From Bacteroidaceae bacterium (GTDB lineage: Bacteria > Bacteroidota > Bacteroidia > Bacteroidales > Bacteroidaceae), in contig JAFNXM010000027.1 in the NCBI GenBank assembly GCA_017383485.1, positions 64,739 through 128,738 on the forward strand: a DNA stretch of 64,000 nucleotides, written 5' to 3'. Below, piece by piece: positions 49,201 through 60,355 of the stretch (position 1 is its first letter; each line of letters opens with the position of its first letter). The translations under genes and the position numbers were made by a program. The notes beneath the pieces were generated by a model. That model was not told the origin of the DNA and ran no database searches. It saw nothing but the letters and a program-made list of their open reading frames with translations.

Positions 49201-51147
49201 TTAGTTCTTATAGTTACGAGTCTGAACCTTGATTGCTTCGTATTCAAGTGGTTCTTTGTGGAGAACGGGAGCCTTGTCATCGCTGCCTTGGTATTCCCAG
49301 CAACCAACGTAGAAGTAGTTTTCGTCGTCGCGCTTAGCTTCGCCTTCTTCTGTTTGGTATTCTTCACGGAAGTGACCACCGCAAGATTCGTTACGAGTAA
49401 GAGCATCGTTGGCTACCAATTCGCCCATGAGGATGAAGTCTTCCAAACGTACTGCCTTTTCAAGCTCTACGTTCACACCTTCAGCAGCACCTGGGATGAA
49501 GAGGTTGCTGTAGAATTCCTTGCGGATTTCCTTGAGCTTAGCAAGACCTTCTTCCAAGCCCTTAGCATTACGGCCCATACCTACATAGTCCCACATCACG
49601 CGACCCAATTCCTTGTGGATAGAGTCTACAGAACGCTTACCCTTGATGTTGAAGAGCTTTTGGATACGATCGCGAACTGCCTTTTCTGCTTCTACGAATT
49701 CGGGGAGATCTACAGAGAAGCGTGGTACAGTGATTTGGTCGCTGAGGTAGTTTTGGATAGTGTATGGAAGTACGAAGTAACCATCAGCGAGACCTTGCAT
49801 CAAAGCAGATGCACCGAGGCGGTTAGCACCGTGGTCTGAGAAGTTACATTCACCGATTGCGAAGAGACCCTTAACAGTAGTTTGGAGTTCATAGTCTACC
49901 CAGATACCACCCATTGTGTAGTGTACAGCAGGATAGATCATCATAGGAGTTTCGTATGGACTTTCGTCGGTGATTTCTTCGTACATATCGAAGAGGTTAC
50001 CATAGCGTGCTTCGATTTCCTTGCGGCCGAAGTCCTTGATTGCTTGTGAGAAGTCGAGGAATACAGCGAGACCAGTATTGTTTACACCGAAGCCCTTGTC
50101 GCAACGTTCCTTAGCAGCACGTGATGCTACGTCGCGAGGAACGAGGTTACCGAATGCTGGATAGCGGCGTTCGAGATAGTAGTCGCGGTCTTCTTCGGGG
50201 ATATCCTTACCTTGGATTTCGCCAGCTTGGAGACGCTTAGCATCTTCCAATTTCTTGGGTACCCAGATGCGTCCGTCGTTACGGAGAGATTCTGACATCA
50301 AAGTCAACTTAGATTGCTTGTCGCCGTGAACTGGGATACAAGTTGGGTGGATTTGTACGTATGAGGGGTTAGCAAAGAATGCGCCCTTGCGGTAGCAAGC
50401 CATCGCTGCAGAGCAGTTACAGCCCATAGCGTTGGTTGAAAGGAAGTAGGCGTTACCATAACCACCAGTACCGATAACTACTGCGTGTGCAGCGAAGCGT
50501 TCGATATTGCCTGTAACGAGGTTGCGAGCGATGATACCGCGAGCACGACCGTCGATTACGACGAGATCCAACATTTCGTAACGAGTGTACAATTCAACAG
50601 TACCTGCGTTCACTTGGCACATCAATGCAGAGTATGCACCGAGGAGCAATTGTTGACCTGTTTGACCCTTTGCATAGAAGGTACGGCTTACCTGAGCACC
50701 ACCGAAAGAACGGTTGGCCAACATACCGCCGTATTCGCGAGCGAAAGGTACACCCTGAGCCACGCATTGGTCGATGATGCTTGCACTTACTTCAGCCAAA
50801 CGATAAACGTTAGCTTCGCGAGCACGATAGTCACCACCCTTCACTGTATCGTAGAAGAGACGGTATACAGAGTCACCATCGTTTTGATAATTCTTTGCAG
50901 CGTTGATACCACCTTGTGCAGCGATAGAGTGTGCACGACGGGGGCTATCCTGGATGCAGAAGTTCTTTACTTTGAAACCCATTTCACCGAGTGAAGCAGC
51001 AGCACTTGCACCAGCAAGACCTGTACCTACTACGATTACGTCGAGTTTACGCTTATTCTTGGGGTTAACTAATTTCTGATGTGCTTTATAGTTGCTCCAC
51101 TTTTCAGCCACCGGTCCGGCGGGAATTTTAGATTCTAATGTAGCCAT
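49201..51147 (-). CDS. frdA: fumarate reductase/succinate dehydrogenase flavoprotein
   Basis: [45 protein letters not shown]. Confidence 0.96.
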   Translation of the reverse strand: MATLESKIPAGPVAEKWSNYKAHQKLVNPKNKRKLDVIVVGTGLAGASAAASLGEMGFKVKNFCIQDSPRRAHSIAAQGGINAAKNYQNDGDSVYRLFYDTVKGGDYRAREANVYRLAEVSASIIDQCVAQGVPFAREYGGMLANRSFGGAQVSRTFYAKGQTGQQLLLGAYSALMCQVNAGTVELYTRYEMLDLVVIDGRARGIIARNLVTGNIERFAAHAVVIGTGGYGNAYFLSTNAMGCNCSAAMACYRKGAFFANPSYVQIHPTCIPVHGDKQSKLTLMSESLRNDGRIWVPKKLEDAKRLQAGEIQGKDIPEEDRDYYLERRYPAFGNLVPRDVASRAAKERCDKGFGVNNTGLAVFLDFSQAIKDFGRKEIEARYGNLFDMYEEITDESPYETPMMIYPAVHYTMGGIWVDYELQTTVKGLFAIGECNFSDHGANRLGASALMQGLADGYFVLPYTIQNYLSDQITVPRFSVDLPEFVEAEKAVRDRIQKLFNIKGKRSVDSIHKELGRVMWDYVGMGRNAKGLEEGLAKLKEIRKEFYSNLFIPGAAEGVNVELEKAVRLEDFILMGELVANDALTRNESCGGHFREEYQTEEGEAKRDDENYFYVGCWEYQGSDDKAPVLHKEPLEYEAIKVQTRNYKN

Positions 51148-51182
51148 GAGATTATGTTTTTAAAAATTCTAAAAGAAGTGTA

Positions 51183-51875
51183 TTAGCAGCAACCAGTGCA
51201 ACATGCACCACCACAAGCTGCGAAATAAATAGCTACGACTACGAACATCAACATGAGGAGAGTTACGTAGACATTACCGATCACTTTCCAACGGTTGAAC
51301 CAGATCTTACCGTTGAGACCCAAAGTTTGGAGTGCGCTCCAGAAACCGTGAGTGAGGTGGAACCAGATTGCTGCGAACCATACGACGTAGACAGCTGTCT
51401 TGCATGGATTAGCAAATGTCTGTTCGATCCAGTGATAGCCATCTGCTGCAAGGTGATGAGCCTGACCTGTAGCACCGATGAGCTCTTGGAACATCATGTT
51501 GTACCAGAAGTCCCACAAGTGGAGCAAAAGGCCCAACACTACGATTACACCGAGAACGAACATGTTTTGAGATGCCCATTCTACCTTACCTGGACGATCA
51601 GTCACTGCATAACGGCTTGCACCGCGAGCACGACGGTTTTGCAATGTCAAGATGAATGCATACACAAAGTGCAAAACGACCAATGCACCAAGGCCTACTG
51701 TAGCAGCTACAGCATACCAGTTGGCACCAAGCATTTCACAAATGGTGTTGTAAGCATCTCTCGAAAACAACGCCACGAGGTTCATACAACCATGGAAAGT
51801 GAGAAACAAGATGAGTGCGATGCCTGTGACAGACATGATCACTTTCCGTCCGATGGAGGATTGAGTTAACCACAT
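51183..51875 (-). CDS. frdC: fumarate reductase/succinate dehydrogenase cytochrome b subunit
   Basis: SSIGRKVIMSVTG, heme-ligand His residues, HLTHGFWSALQTLG. Confidence 0.93.
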   Translation of the reverse strand: MWLTQSSIGRKVIMSVTGIALILFLTFHGCMNLVALFSRDAYNTICEMLGANWYAVAATVGLGALVVLHFVYAFILTLQNRRARGASRYAVTDRPGKVEWASQNMFVLGVIVVLGLLLHLWDFWYNMMFQELIGATGQAHHLAADGYHWIEQTFANPCKTAVYVVWFAAIWFHLTHGFWSALQTLGLNGKIWFNRWKVIGNVYVTLLMLMFVVVAIYFAACGGACCTGCC

Positions 51876-52048
51876 AAATGTTTAAGAATTTAGTTGATAT
51901 TAAAAATGATTTAAGTTTTTCATAGATATCCCATAAATAGGGAACATTCCACCTTGCAAAAGTAATACATTCCTTTTTTGTGACAAAATTATTTATTTAA
52001 GAAACGATAGCATTTTTTAGGTTTTTCAGCATTGTTTCACTCTTTTTG

Positions 52049-52132
52049 AACAAACCAAGACCTTTTTTTCACGAGACGTCGCGAAATTTAAAAAAGCTTA
52101 GACCTTTTTTGAAAAAGATTAAACCTTTTTTC
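52049..52132. repeat. 21-bp unit array 7
   Basis: 52049 aacaaaccaagaccttttttt / 52070 cacgagacgtcgcgaaattta / 52091 aaaaagcttagaccttttttg / 52112 aaaaagattaaaccttttttc. Confidence 0.9.
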
Positions 52133-52208
52133 AAGGGGGATACAGCTGGCCCGAAAGAAGCCTTTTTTCGCCCACCATTACCCCCTGCCCCCGCCTCTGT
52201 TTTCACAC

Positions 52209-52248
52209 AAAATATGTCGCCACCCCTGAATTGGGATGACGACATATT
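52209..52248 (-). terminator. terminator after glyQS-FKBP
   Basis: AATATGTCGCCA.CCC..GGGATGACGACATATT stem. Confidence 0.6.
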
Positions 52249-52280
52249 ATATTTATTGTCTCAGATTTGAATCTGTGCAA

Positions 52281-52916
52281 TTATTGCCTATATATTTTCA
52301 CGATTTGCATATCGAATGTGAGCATGGAATAGGATGGCACAGCCGTGGACTCGGTGCTGCCGTATCCCAGCTGATGGGGAATGTACACGAGCCAGCGTTC
52401 GCCCTCGCCCATGTGCATCGCCGCCGTGGTGAAACCTTCGACTGTATTGCTCACAGCCAACTTTGACGGGCTGCAGAAGTCGGGATGAAACACCGAAGTT
52501 TCATTGGGGATTGGGCCGGAGAAGTCTGCCACCTTGCCTGCAGGATAAGATGTAGAAGGCTGAAGGCGCAGCATATAGTTGACACCGATACTATCTGTAT
52601 AGAAAGCAGGGGCACTCTTGGCTTCACCGCTGACTTTTTTCATACAAATGGAATCGATAGCCTTGCCGTTGACACGTTCGTCCTGGGCGTATGTGCGATA
52701 CACGCGCCATGGGCAATGTGCTTCCCAGTCGTCGCCATATTTCTCGCGAGCCTGGGCGATTGAGTCCTTAGCATCTTCTAATTGTTTGATGAAGGCATAT
52801 TCGTTCTTCTTCTGCCAATCTACGTATTCCTCCTCGTCGTCCACATTGTCTGCGCACGATACAAAGGCACACATTATTAATAGAAGGAGGGACATCCATC
52901 CGAATTGCAATTTCAT
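52281..52916 (-). CDS. FKBP-type peptidyl-prolyl isomerase lipoprotein
   Basis: Lipobox FVSC, VEGFTTAAMHM..GERW.VYIP..LGYG, VPSYSML.F. Confidence 0.88.
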   Translation of the reverse strand: MKLQFGWMSLLLLIMCAFVSCADNVDDEEEYVDWQKKNEYAFIKQLEDAKDSIAQAREKYGDDWEAHCPWRVYRTYAQDERVNGKAIDSICMKKVSGEAKSAPAFYTDSIGVNYMLRLQPSTSYPAGKVADFSGPIPNETSVFHPDFCSPSKLAVSNTVEGFTTAAMHMGEGERWLVYIPHQLGYGSTESTAVPSYSMLTFDMQIVKIYRQ

Positions 52917-52945
52917 GCTCTTATATTATTATATAGGTGTAATGC

Positions 52946-54484
52946 TTAGATTTTCTTGAGCAATGAGGTCAAGCTCACTTGGTCTTCGATCAAACCGCGG
53001 AGGTCGCTGATCTTGACGCGTTGTTGCTCCATAGTGTCACGATTTCTCAATGTCACGCAGTCGTCCTTGAGGGTGTCGTGGTCGATAGTAATACAGAATG
53101 GAGTACCTACGGCGTCCTGACGACGGTAGCGCTTACCGATTGAATCCTTTTCGTCGTATTTGCAGTTGAAGTGGAACTTCAGATCGTCCATGATTTCGCG
53201 TGCTTTTTCGGGGAGTCCGTCCTTCTTCACCAAAGGCATTACCGCCAACTTAGTAGGAGCAAGGGCTGCAGGCAAACGAAGTACTACGCGAGTTTCGCCG
53301 TTTTCCAAAGTTTCTTCTTCATAACTGTGGCACATCACGCTCAGGAACATACGGTCCACACCGATACTTGTTTCGATCACGTATGGAGTGTAGCGTTCGT
53401 TGGTTTCTGGGTCGAAATATTCGATCTTACGGCCAGAGTATTGTGCGTGTTGCGAAAGGTCAAAGTTAGTACGGCTATGGATACCTTCGACTTCCTTAAA
53501 ACCAAAAGGCATACGGAATTCGATATCACAAGCAGCATTTGCATAGTGCGCCAACTTTTCGTGATCGTGGTAGCGGTAGTTCTCTGCACCGAAACCAAGG
53601 GCTTGGTGCCATGCCATACGGGTATCTTTCCACTGATTGAACCATTCGAGTTCGGTGCCGGGTTTCACGAAGAATTGCATTTCCATTTGTTCGAATTCGC
53701 GCATACGGAAGATGAACTGACGTGCTACGATTTCGTTGCGGAACGCCTTACCAATTTGCGCAATACCGAAGGGCAACTTCATACGTCCTGTCTTTTGCAC
53801 ATTCAGGTAGTTTACGAAGATACCTTGCGCCGTTTCGGGACGAAGATAAATAGTAGAAGCACCTTCTGCAGTAGATCCGACTTCAGTCTTAAACATCAAG
53901 TTGAACTGACGTACGTCTGTCCAGTTTCTTGTACCAGAGATAGGACAAACAATCTCTTCGTCCAGAATGATTTGCTTCAACTCTTCCAGGTTCATATCAT
54001 TCATCGCTACAGCGAAACGTTCGTGGAGTGCTTCTTTCTTTTGCAGAAGTTCCAATACACGTGGGCTTGTAGCCAAATATTGTGCTTCGTCGAAAGATTC
54101 GCCAAAACGCTTGCGCGCCTTAGCTACTTCTTTTTCTACCTTTTCGTCGTATTTTGCAATTTGGTCTTCGATCAAAACGTCAGCACGATAGCGCTTCTTT
54201 GAATCGCGGTTGTCGATGAGGGGATCATTGAACGCATCAACGTGACCACTCGCCTTCCAAACCGTAGGGTGCATAAAGATGGCGCTATCAATACCCACGA
54301 TATTTTCGTGAAGCAATACCATAGATTGCCACCAATACTGCTTGATATTATTCTTCAACTCCACACCATTTTGACCATAGTCATACACCGCACCAAGTCC
54401 ATCATAGATATCACTTGATGGGAATACGAAACCATACTCTTTACAGTGCGAAACAATTTTCTTAAATACGTCTTCTTGAGCCAT
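52946..54484 (-). CDS. glyQS: glycine--tRNA ligase (alpha2 type)
   Basis: YDYGQNG, ASGHVDAFNDP, LRPETAQGIF, FRNEI, IGKRYRRQD. Confidence 0.96.
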   Translation of the reverse strand: MAQEDVFKKIVSHCKEYGFVFPSSDIYDGLGAVYDYGQNGVELKNNIKQYWWQSMVLLHENIVGIDSAIFMHPTVWKASGHVDAFNDPLIDNRDSKKRYRADVLIEDQIAKYDEKVEKEVAKARKRFGESFDEAQYLATSPRVLELLQKKEALHERFAVAMNDMNLEELKQIILDEEIVCPISGTRNWTDVRQFNLMFKTEVGSTAEGASTIYLRPETAQGIFVNYLNVQKTGRMKLPFGIAQIGKAFRNEIVARQFIFRMREFEQMEMQFFVKPGTELEWFNQWKDTRMAWHQALGFGAENYRYHDHEKLAHYANAACDIEFRMPFGFKEVEGIHSRTNFDLSQHAQYSGRKIEYFDPETNERYTPYVIETSIGVDRMFLSVMCHSYEEETLENGETRVVLRLPAALAPTKLAVMPLVKKDGLPEKAREIMDDLKFHFNCKYDEKDSIGKRYRRQDAVGTPFCITIDHDTLKDDCVTLRNRDTMEQQRVKISDLRGLIEDQVSLTSLLKKI

Positions 54485-54553
54485 AAGTTTATTTTATTGA
54501 ATTAGTATACTTTTTTTATTTGAAAAGGGTCTTTTACAAACCTCTCCTCAATT

Positions 54554-56956
54554 TTATTTTCTTTTCAGTGAGAATTTTCTGCGACATTCAGAATCTTTAG
54601 TTCCGTAACCATAGCCGTAGCCATAGCCATAATGGAGTTTTGATTTTATGTCCGCATCATTTACTACGATAGCAAGGTTGCGCAGACGTTGGTTTTGATG
54701 CATACGCTCCAGGTCTTTCAAGAAATCTTTATCCTGAACACCTACACGAACGACGAAAAGCAACAATTCTGCTACACGAGACAATACCTCTGCATCAGCA
54801 ACGGAGAATGCTGGCGTTGCGTCGAAGATAATGCAATCATAGTTTTCTTTCGCAACATTTACCAACGCTTCCAAGCGCTCAGACATCAGCAACTCTGTCG
54901 GATTGGGAGGAACTGCGCCAGCAGGGAAGAAGTCAACATTTTCTACCAAAGCCCCCTTGCGAATGTACGCCGTGATATCAACACTTCCACCTTCGTCCGC
55001 CAAATAATTGGTCAGACCTTCTTCACCACCATAATACTTGGTCAAAGTACCCTTACGAATGTCGGCATCAATCAATAGCACACGTTGTCCAGCCATTGCC
55101 TGAGCTACAGCAAAGTTACGCGTCACAAAACTTTTACCTTGCCCCGGAGTGCTCGAAGTACAAACAAATACTCTTGCCTTTGGTTTGACAAATTTTGCAC
55201 TATACCTCATCACGCGGAAAGCTTCGACGATAGAGTCGCTACTAGCACATTCTGAAATAAGGGCTCCGCGAGATCCTTCGTTCCAGTGTGGCAGTTCGCC
55301 GACGATAGGAATACTTGACACTCCCTCTACATCCTTGCGTCCACAGATTGTTGTATCCATTTGGCGACGTAACCAAATGCATGCAGCAGGAATCATTACA
55401 CCCATCATCAAACTGATCAGAAGGATCATATTTCTTCTCGGCGAGATTGGCAAATTATTTCCCATCGGATATTCCACCATTCGAACGTTTGCCTCATTGA
55501 TGGCTAATTGCAATGCCACTTCTTCGCGTTTATTGAGCAGATAATTATACAGCGCAGACTTCAATGCTTGTTGGCGTTCGATATTTACTGCTTCCTTTTC
55601 AGTTTCTGGCACTGTGCCTATCTTGGCAGCAAATTTTGACTCGTATGCTCGTGCCTGCTTTACTTGGAGTTCGAGCGAACTGATGTGGCTATTTACAGAG
55701 GAAACGATATTTTGTCTCAACGCGGCCAACTGATAGTCGATATTAATGATAGCATCTGCCGACTCCGACGTATTTTGCAACAACTGATGCCTTTCTGCTA
55801 TCAATTTGTTGTACTCGACCACCAAGGGGCCGTAACTTGCACCTGCTATATTCAGAGATGGTATCAAATCTCCGTTATTACTTTGATCCAGCAAATGTTC
55901 TTTCAGCAATTGCGCTACGGAAAGTTGCGTTTCCGCCTCGATAGTTTTTGCTTTTGCAGAAGCATTTTCCGACGCAAAGAGTTGTGCATCCCTTTCGAAG
56001 TCGATCAGTTTGTTCTTGGTCTTGAAGTCCGCCAATCTATCTTCGATGCCGTCCAATTCTCCGCCGATCAAATCAATTCTTTCGTCGATAAATTTCGCCG
56101 TGCTTTCTGCTACGCGATTCTTGTTCTCAACAACGTCGCGCTTGTAAGCTTCGAATACTTCATTCAGCACATCTTCTGCTCGCAATTCGTTGTTGTCATT
56201 ACAAGTAAGTACGATCAGTGTACTTTCCTTGTCGTATTCTGCCGCTGAGAGTTTTGCCCGGAAAGCCGCAGCGGCGCTTTTCTTTGAGATTCTGGTTACA
56301 AGGATTTCGCCATCCTGAGGGAAACGTTTTGCCCTCTTAGTATCTTTCAACGTCAGCTTACCCACAGGAGTTGTAGTCAACTTACCAACCTCTGCAACCA
56401 CGCTTCCATTCAATTCTGCGTTATTTTGTGTGAATGAATAAAGTTCATAACGACCCTCCCCTGCAGGTTTCATCTTGAACGTTACCGATTCTTTTCCCTT
56501 CAACACACCTTGGAAAATCACTTCAACGGGACGCTCTCTGTACAGCGTCACATCATGCAGACCATTCTCCATTTTATAGTCCACATCCAAGTCCAAACTA
56601 TCCACGACGTTTTCCATCAAGCGCAACGAAGTCAGGATAAACATTTCGTTCTCCAGGTTATCACCCACACTGATACCATTCAGTTCCATCAGCGAAGTCA
56701 TGTTGTTGCGCACACGTCGCGAATTGCTGCCCATAGCACCTCCCATGGGATCGGCATCCTCTATCAGCATCACCGCCTGGCGCTGGTATACGCGAGGCTG
56801 TTTTTGATAGTAAATATAACCAAGTATCAAACAAGCCACAACAGATATCAAGAACCAATACCATTTGCGCAGGAAGATCTCCTTACACATCATAAAGATT
56901 CTAGCAAAATCCATTTCGTTTTCTTGTTCAATCAAAGTTTCAGGTCTATTTTCCAT
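54554..56956 (-). CDS. polysaccharide co-polymerase / BY-kinase (Wzc-like)
   Basis: Two TMs flanking a periplasmic coiled coil, TSSTPGQGKS, IDADIRK, PPNPTELL, DATP, C-terminal YGYGYGYGYG. Confidence 0.9.
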   Translation of the reverse strand: MENRPETLIEQENEMDFARIFMMCKEIFLRKWYWFLISVVACLILGYIYYQKQPRVYQRQAVMLIEDADPMGGAMGSNSRRVRNNMTSLMELNGISVGDNLENEMFILTSLRLMENVVDSLDLDVDYKMENGLHDVTLYRERPVEVIFQGVLKGKESVTFKMKPAGEGRYELYSFTQNNAELNGSVVAEVGKLTTTPVGKLTLKDTKRAKRFPQDGEILVTRISKKSAAAAFRAKLSAAEYDKESTLIVLTCNDNNELRAEDVLNEVFEAYKRDVVENKNRVAESTAKFIDERIDLIGGELDGIEDRLADFKTKNKLIDFERDAQLFASENASAKAKTIEAETQLSVAQLLKEHLLDQSNNGDLIPSLNIAGASYGPLVVEYNKLIAERHQLLQNTSESADAIINIDYQLAALRQNIVSSVNSHISSLELQVKQARAYESKFAAKIGTVPETEKEAVNIERQQALKSALYNYLLNKREEVALQLAINEANVRMVEYPMGNNLPISPRRNMILLISLMMGVMIPAACIWLRRQMDTTICGRKDVEGVSSIPIVGELPHWNEGSRGALISECASSDSIVEAFRVMRYSAKFVKPKARVFVCTSSTPGQGKSFVTRNFAVAQAMAGQRVLLIDADIRKGTLTKYYGGEEGLTNYLADEGGSVDITAYIRKGALVENVDFFPAGAVPPNPTELLMSERLEALVNVAKENYDCIIFDATPAFSVADAEVLSRVAELLLFVVRVGVQDKDFLKDLERMHQNQRLRNLAIVVNDADIKSKLHYGYGYGYGYGTKDSECRRKFSLKRK

Positions 56957-57148
56957 TCTTTCGATCTTAGTTGCGCAACGGAAACAATCAAACCTTTTTC
57001 ACGCGCGCATATATATAATTGTATTTCCGCGCAAAGTTACGCAAAAAAAACCACTCCACCAAAAGCAGACCTTTATATTAGGCACATTCAAAACCTTTTT
57101 TGTGAAAAAACGCAAGGCATACCCCAAACCCCTCTTTTAGACGAATAA

Positions 57149-57295
57149 AAAAAGCTTAGACCTTTTTTAAATTTCCTTAGACCTTTTTTTAACGAGCCGT
57201 CGCCAAATTTTTACGAGGCGTCGCGAAGTTTTAACAAGGCCTAGACTTTTTTTCAGACAACCATTCAAGTTTCTCAGACAATCACTCAAACCCGC
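57149..57295. repeat. 21-bp unit array 8
   Basis: 57149 aaaaagcttagacctttttta / 57170 aatttccttagaccttttttt / 57191 aacgagccgtcgccaaatttt / 57212 tacgaggcgtcgcgaagtttt / 57233 aacaaggcctagacttttttt / 57254 and 57275 cagacaa-type units. Confidence 0.9.
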
Positions 57296-57431
57296 TTTTC
57301 ATCAAGGGACACGAGGCCAAAAGTCTGCTTCTACACGATTTCTTGTTATCGAATCAAAGAAAAAAGCAGGTTTCGCTTTCGCTTTCAGCCACCTTTCATT
57401 AAATTTGTCACGAAAAAGGATATTTTACCCT

Positions 57432-58784
57432 ATGATGGAGTGGAAAAGATTGATTTCAGATAAACGTTTGGGCAAGGAAGACAGCTCGACCCAAAGCCCT
57501 GAGCGCCGCACAGAGTTTCAGCGCGATTTCGACCGCTTGATATTCTCTGCGCCGTTCAGACGTATGCAAAACAAGACCCAGGTATTTCCCTTGCCTGGCA
57601 GTATTTTTGTGCACAATCGCTTGACGCATAGCCTCGAGGTCAGCAGCGTGGGGCGCTCACTCGGCGCGGATGTGGCACAAGAATTAACCTTGCGCCACCC
57701 TGAACTGACCGACGCAGGACTGCAGGACATGGGAGCCATCGTATCTGCCGCCTGCCTGGCACACGATATGGGCAATCCGCCCTTTGGTCATAGCGGCGAG
57801 CGTGCCATCCGTACATTTTTCTCGGAGGGCAAAGGTAAGATTCTGGCAGACTACGCAGGCGAGGACGGCGGCCTCCTGAGCGAAAAAGAATGGGCCGACC
57901 TGACCCAATTTGACGGCAATGCCAACACATTCCGCCTACTGACGCATCAATTTGGCGGCAGACGCCGCGGCGGATTCGTAATGACCTACTCCACCCTAGC
58001 CTCAATCGTGAAATATCCCTACGAATCGACGTTGGCAGGCAAGAAGTCGAAGTTTGGTTTCTTTGCAAGCGAAACAGAAGACTACCGCAAGATTGCCGAC
58101 GAACTAGGCATCCCTTATACTTTCGAAGACGGTGCTCTGCGCGCAGTCAGACATCCTTTTGTCTATCTGGTCGAAGCTGCCGACGATATCTGTTACGAGA
58201 TCATGGATATCGAGGATGCATTCAAATTGCGCCTGCTCTCGAACGAAGAAACGCAGACCTTATTGCTCAATTTCTTTAGCAAAGAAACCCAGGAACAGTT
58301 ACAATCCAGCTACCCCGAAGGCACGGACAACGGCGACCGTATCGCGTATCTCCGCTCGTGCGTCATCAATGCACTGGAAAACGCTTGCGTAGATATCTTT
58401 ATGGCCAACGAGACAGAAATCCTGGCGGGCACTTTCCAGGGTTCGCTCATCTCGCACCTGCCCGAACATCTGTTGACTGCATACAAGACCTGCGAGCGTG
58501 TAGCCAAGAGCCGCATCTATTCATCCAAGGAGGTGACAGACATAGATCTAGCAGGTTATCACATCATCTACACCTTGTTGGAATTGATGACCGAGGCTGT
58601 GCTCGAACCCCAGAAGGCGTATAGCCAATTGCTACTGGGGCAAGTTTCTTCGCAATACCAACTGAATGCGCCACGCCTGGCTGACAGAATAATGGGTGTA
58701 CTCGACTATATTTCGGGTATGACCGACGTTTATGCCCTAGACCTTTATCGCAAGATCAACGGACACTCTTTGCCTAGTATTTAA
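57432..58784 (+). CDS. dgt: deoxyguanosinetriphosphate triphosphohydrolase
   Basis: FRRMQNKTQVF, HNRLTHSLEV, LAHDMGNPPFGH.GE, EAADDICY, DYISGMTD. Confidence 0.95.
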   Translation: MMEWKRLISDKRLGKEDSSTQSPERRTEFQRDFDRLIFSAPFRRMQNKTQVFPLPGSIFVHNRLTHSLEVSSVGRSLGADVAQELTLRHPELTDAGLQDMGAIVSAACLAHDMGNPPFGHSGERAIRTFFSEGKGKILADYAGEDGGLLSEKEWADLTQFDGNANTFRLLTHQFGGRRRGGFVMTYSTLASIVKYPYESTLAGKKSKFGFFASETEDYRKIADELGIPYTFEDGALRAVRHPFVYLVEAADDICYEIMDIEDAFKLRLLSNEETQTLLLNFFSKETQEQLQSSYPEGTDNGDRIAYLRSCVINALENACVDIFMANETEILAGTFQGSLISHLPEHLLTAYKTCERVAKSRIYSSKEVTDIDLAGYHIIYTLLELMTEAVLEPQKAYSQLLLGQVSSQYQLNAPRLADRIMGVLDYISGMTDVYALDLYRKINGHSLPSI

Positions 58785-58894
58785 TACCGAGCGAAGCATG
58801 AGAGACATCCGATGCAGCCAAACAATATTCCAGCAAAAAAGCCGTTGATTGATACAAGATACACCACGTCTAATACCACAAGCACTACACCACC

Positions 58895-60343
58895 TTGTCC
58901 TATTCCCACATATTGAAATACACAGGTCTGCTGGGGAGCGTACAGTTCCTCAACATTCTTATCTCTATCGTACGCAACAAAGCCGCTGCCGTACTGATAG
59001 GGCCTGTAGGTATGGGTTTGGCGGATTTGTATTTCAGAGCGATTGAATTGATCGGCAACTCGACGAATTTTGGTCTTGGATTTAGTGCCGTACGCCGACT
59101 CGCGCCACTCTGCGAACAGGGCAACACACGAGCACTCCTATTGCAGGCCCGCCTGATCCGCACCTTGATATTCTGGACCGCCGTACTGGGTGCAGTGGTC
59201 ACTTTGGCGTTATCACCAGCACTGAGTTTATGGTTCTTCCACGACACGGCGCACGCACTTTCTATTTGCGCCTTGGCGCCAGCCGTAGCCCTCAGCACCC
59301 TGACAGGAGGCGAAGTCGCAATTCTGCGAGGCACCAGTCGTTTGAAAGCTATTGCAACAAATTCTGCACTAATTGCCGGATGCACCCTGGCTTTCGCTCT
59401 CGTCATTTATAGTATCTGGGGCATTCGCGGGGTTATTCCAGTATTGTTGCTCACTACCCTCACGACTTTTTTACTACACCTGCGCGTCACCAGCAAGCAG
59501 TTTCCCTATCGCATCCACCCTTTGCGTTTTCGCAGTCTCAAGGCGGGCAAGCCCTTGATCCAATTGGGCGTAGCATACATCGGCGCAGGTATTTTGGGTT
59601 CAGGCACCGAGATGCTAATTCGCGCCGTGGTCGTCAATTCCGACAGCGGTCTGTATGCCGCAGGACTTTATGCCGCAGGACTAACCTTGACGGTCAGTTA
59701 TGCACGTATGATATTTGTCGCGATGGACGCCGACTATTTCCCCCGCCTATCTGCTGCCGTACAGGATATATCACACCAGAATACGACGGTGAATAGCCAA
59801 ATCAACGTTTTGTCTCTGCTGATGGCACCTTTCCTGATTGTTTTGGCGATTAGCCTGCCATTTGTCGTGCGCTTGCTGTACACTGCAGAGTATTTGCCAG
59901 TAATGCCGATGGTATGGGCAGCATTGCCTTTTATGTACTTCAAATCCATCTACTCGCCCATCGCCTATTTGTCGCTGGCACACGGCGATTCGCGCGTCTA
60001 TTTCGTGATGGAATTGCTCTACGACGTCGTGTTTGCTGCCGCCGTAGTCGTGGGCTATCAATACTATGGACTGTTGGGCGCAGGTATAGGATTGTCGTTG
60101 GCCAACTTCGCCGATTTGTTGCTACTCTCTCTGTTTTATAAAAAAAGATACCACTTCCGCTTCACCCGCCAGGGCACAGTGCTCTACCTCTCGCAGGGCG
60201 CATTGCTGCTGGGTGTATTATGCTGTATGCTGGCCGAATCCGCGTGGATACGCTATGGCATTAGCGGCGTCCTATGCCTGGGCTCGGTCACCTTTTCTTT
60301 TATTCACCTCAAACGACTTTGGAGATCAAAGCCAGCCCCCTAA
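58895..60343 (+). CDS. O-antigen/oligosaccharide flippase (Wzx)
   Basis: SYSHILKYTGL.G.VQ..RNK..A.LIGP.G.G, MDADYFPRLSA, about 12 TMs; TTG start uncertain. Confidence 0.85.
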   Translation: MSYSHILKYTGLLGSVQFLNILISIVRNKAAAVLIGPVGMGLADLYFRAIELIGNSTNFGLGFSAVRRLAPLCEQGNTRALLLQARLIRTLIFWTAVLGAVVTLALSPALSLWFFHDTAHALSICALAPAVALSTLTGGEVAILRGTSRLKAIATNSALIAGCTLAFALVIYSIWGIRGVIPVLLLTTLTTFLLHLRVTSKQFPYRIHPLRFRSLKAGKPLIQLGVAYIGAGILGSGTEMLIRAVVVNSDSGLYAAGLYAAGLTLTVSYARMIFVAMDADYFPRLSAAVQDISHQNTTVNSQINVLSLLMAPFLIVLAISLPFVVRLLYTAEYLPVMPMVWAALPFMYFKSIYSPIAYLSLAHGDSRVYFVMELLYDVVFAAAVVVGYQYYGLLGAGIGLSLANFADLLLLSLFYKKRYHFRFTRQGTVLYLSQGALLLGVLCCMLAESAWIRYGISGVLCLGSVTFSFIHLKRLWRSKPAP

Positions 60344-60355
60344 TCCTCCCACAAT

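Noticed and set aside
54600-54632. CCATAG/CCGTAG tandem repeat as a phase-variable tract
   Set aside because: It encodes the normal YGYGYG tyrosine cluster of Wzc.
57432-58784. dGTPase as an anti-phage defence gene
   Set aside because: It has ordinary housekeeping Dgt motifs and context, with no defence-island neighbours.
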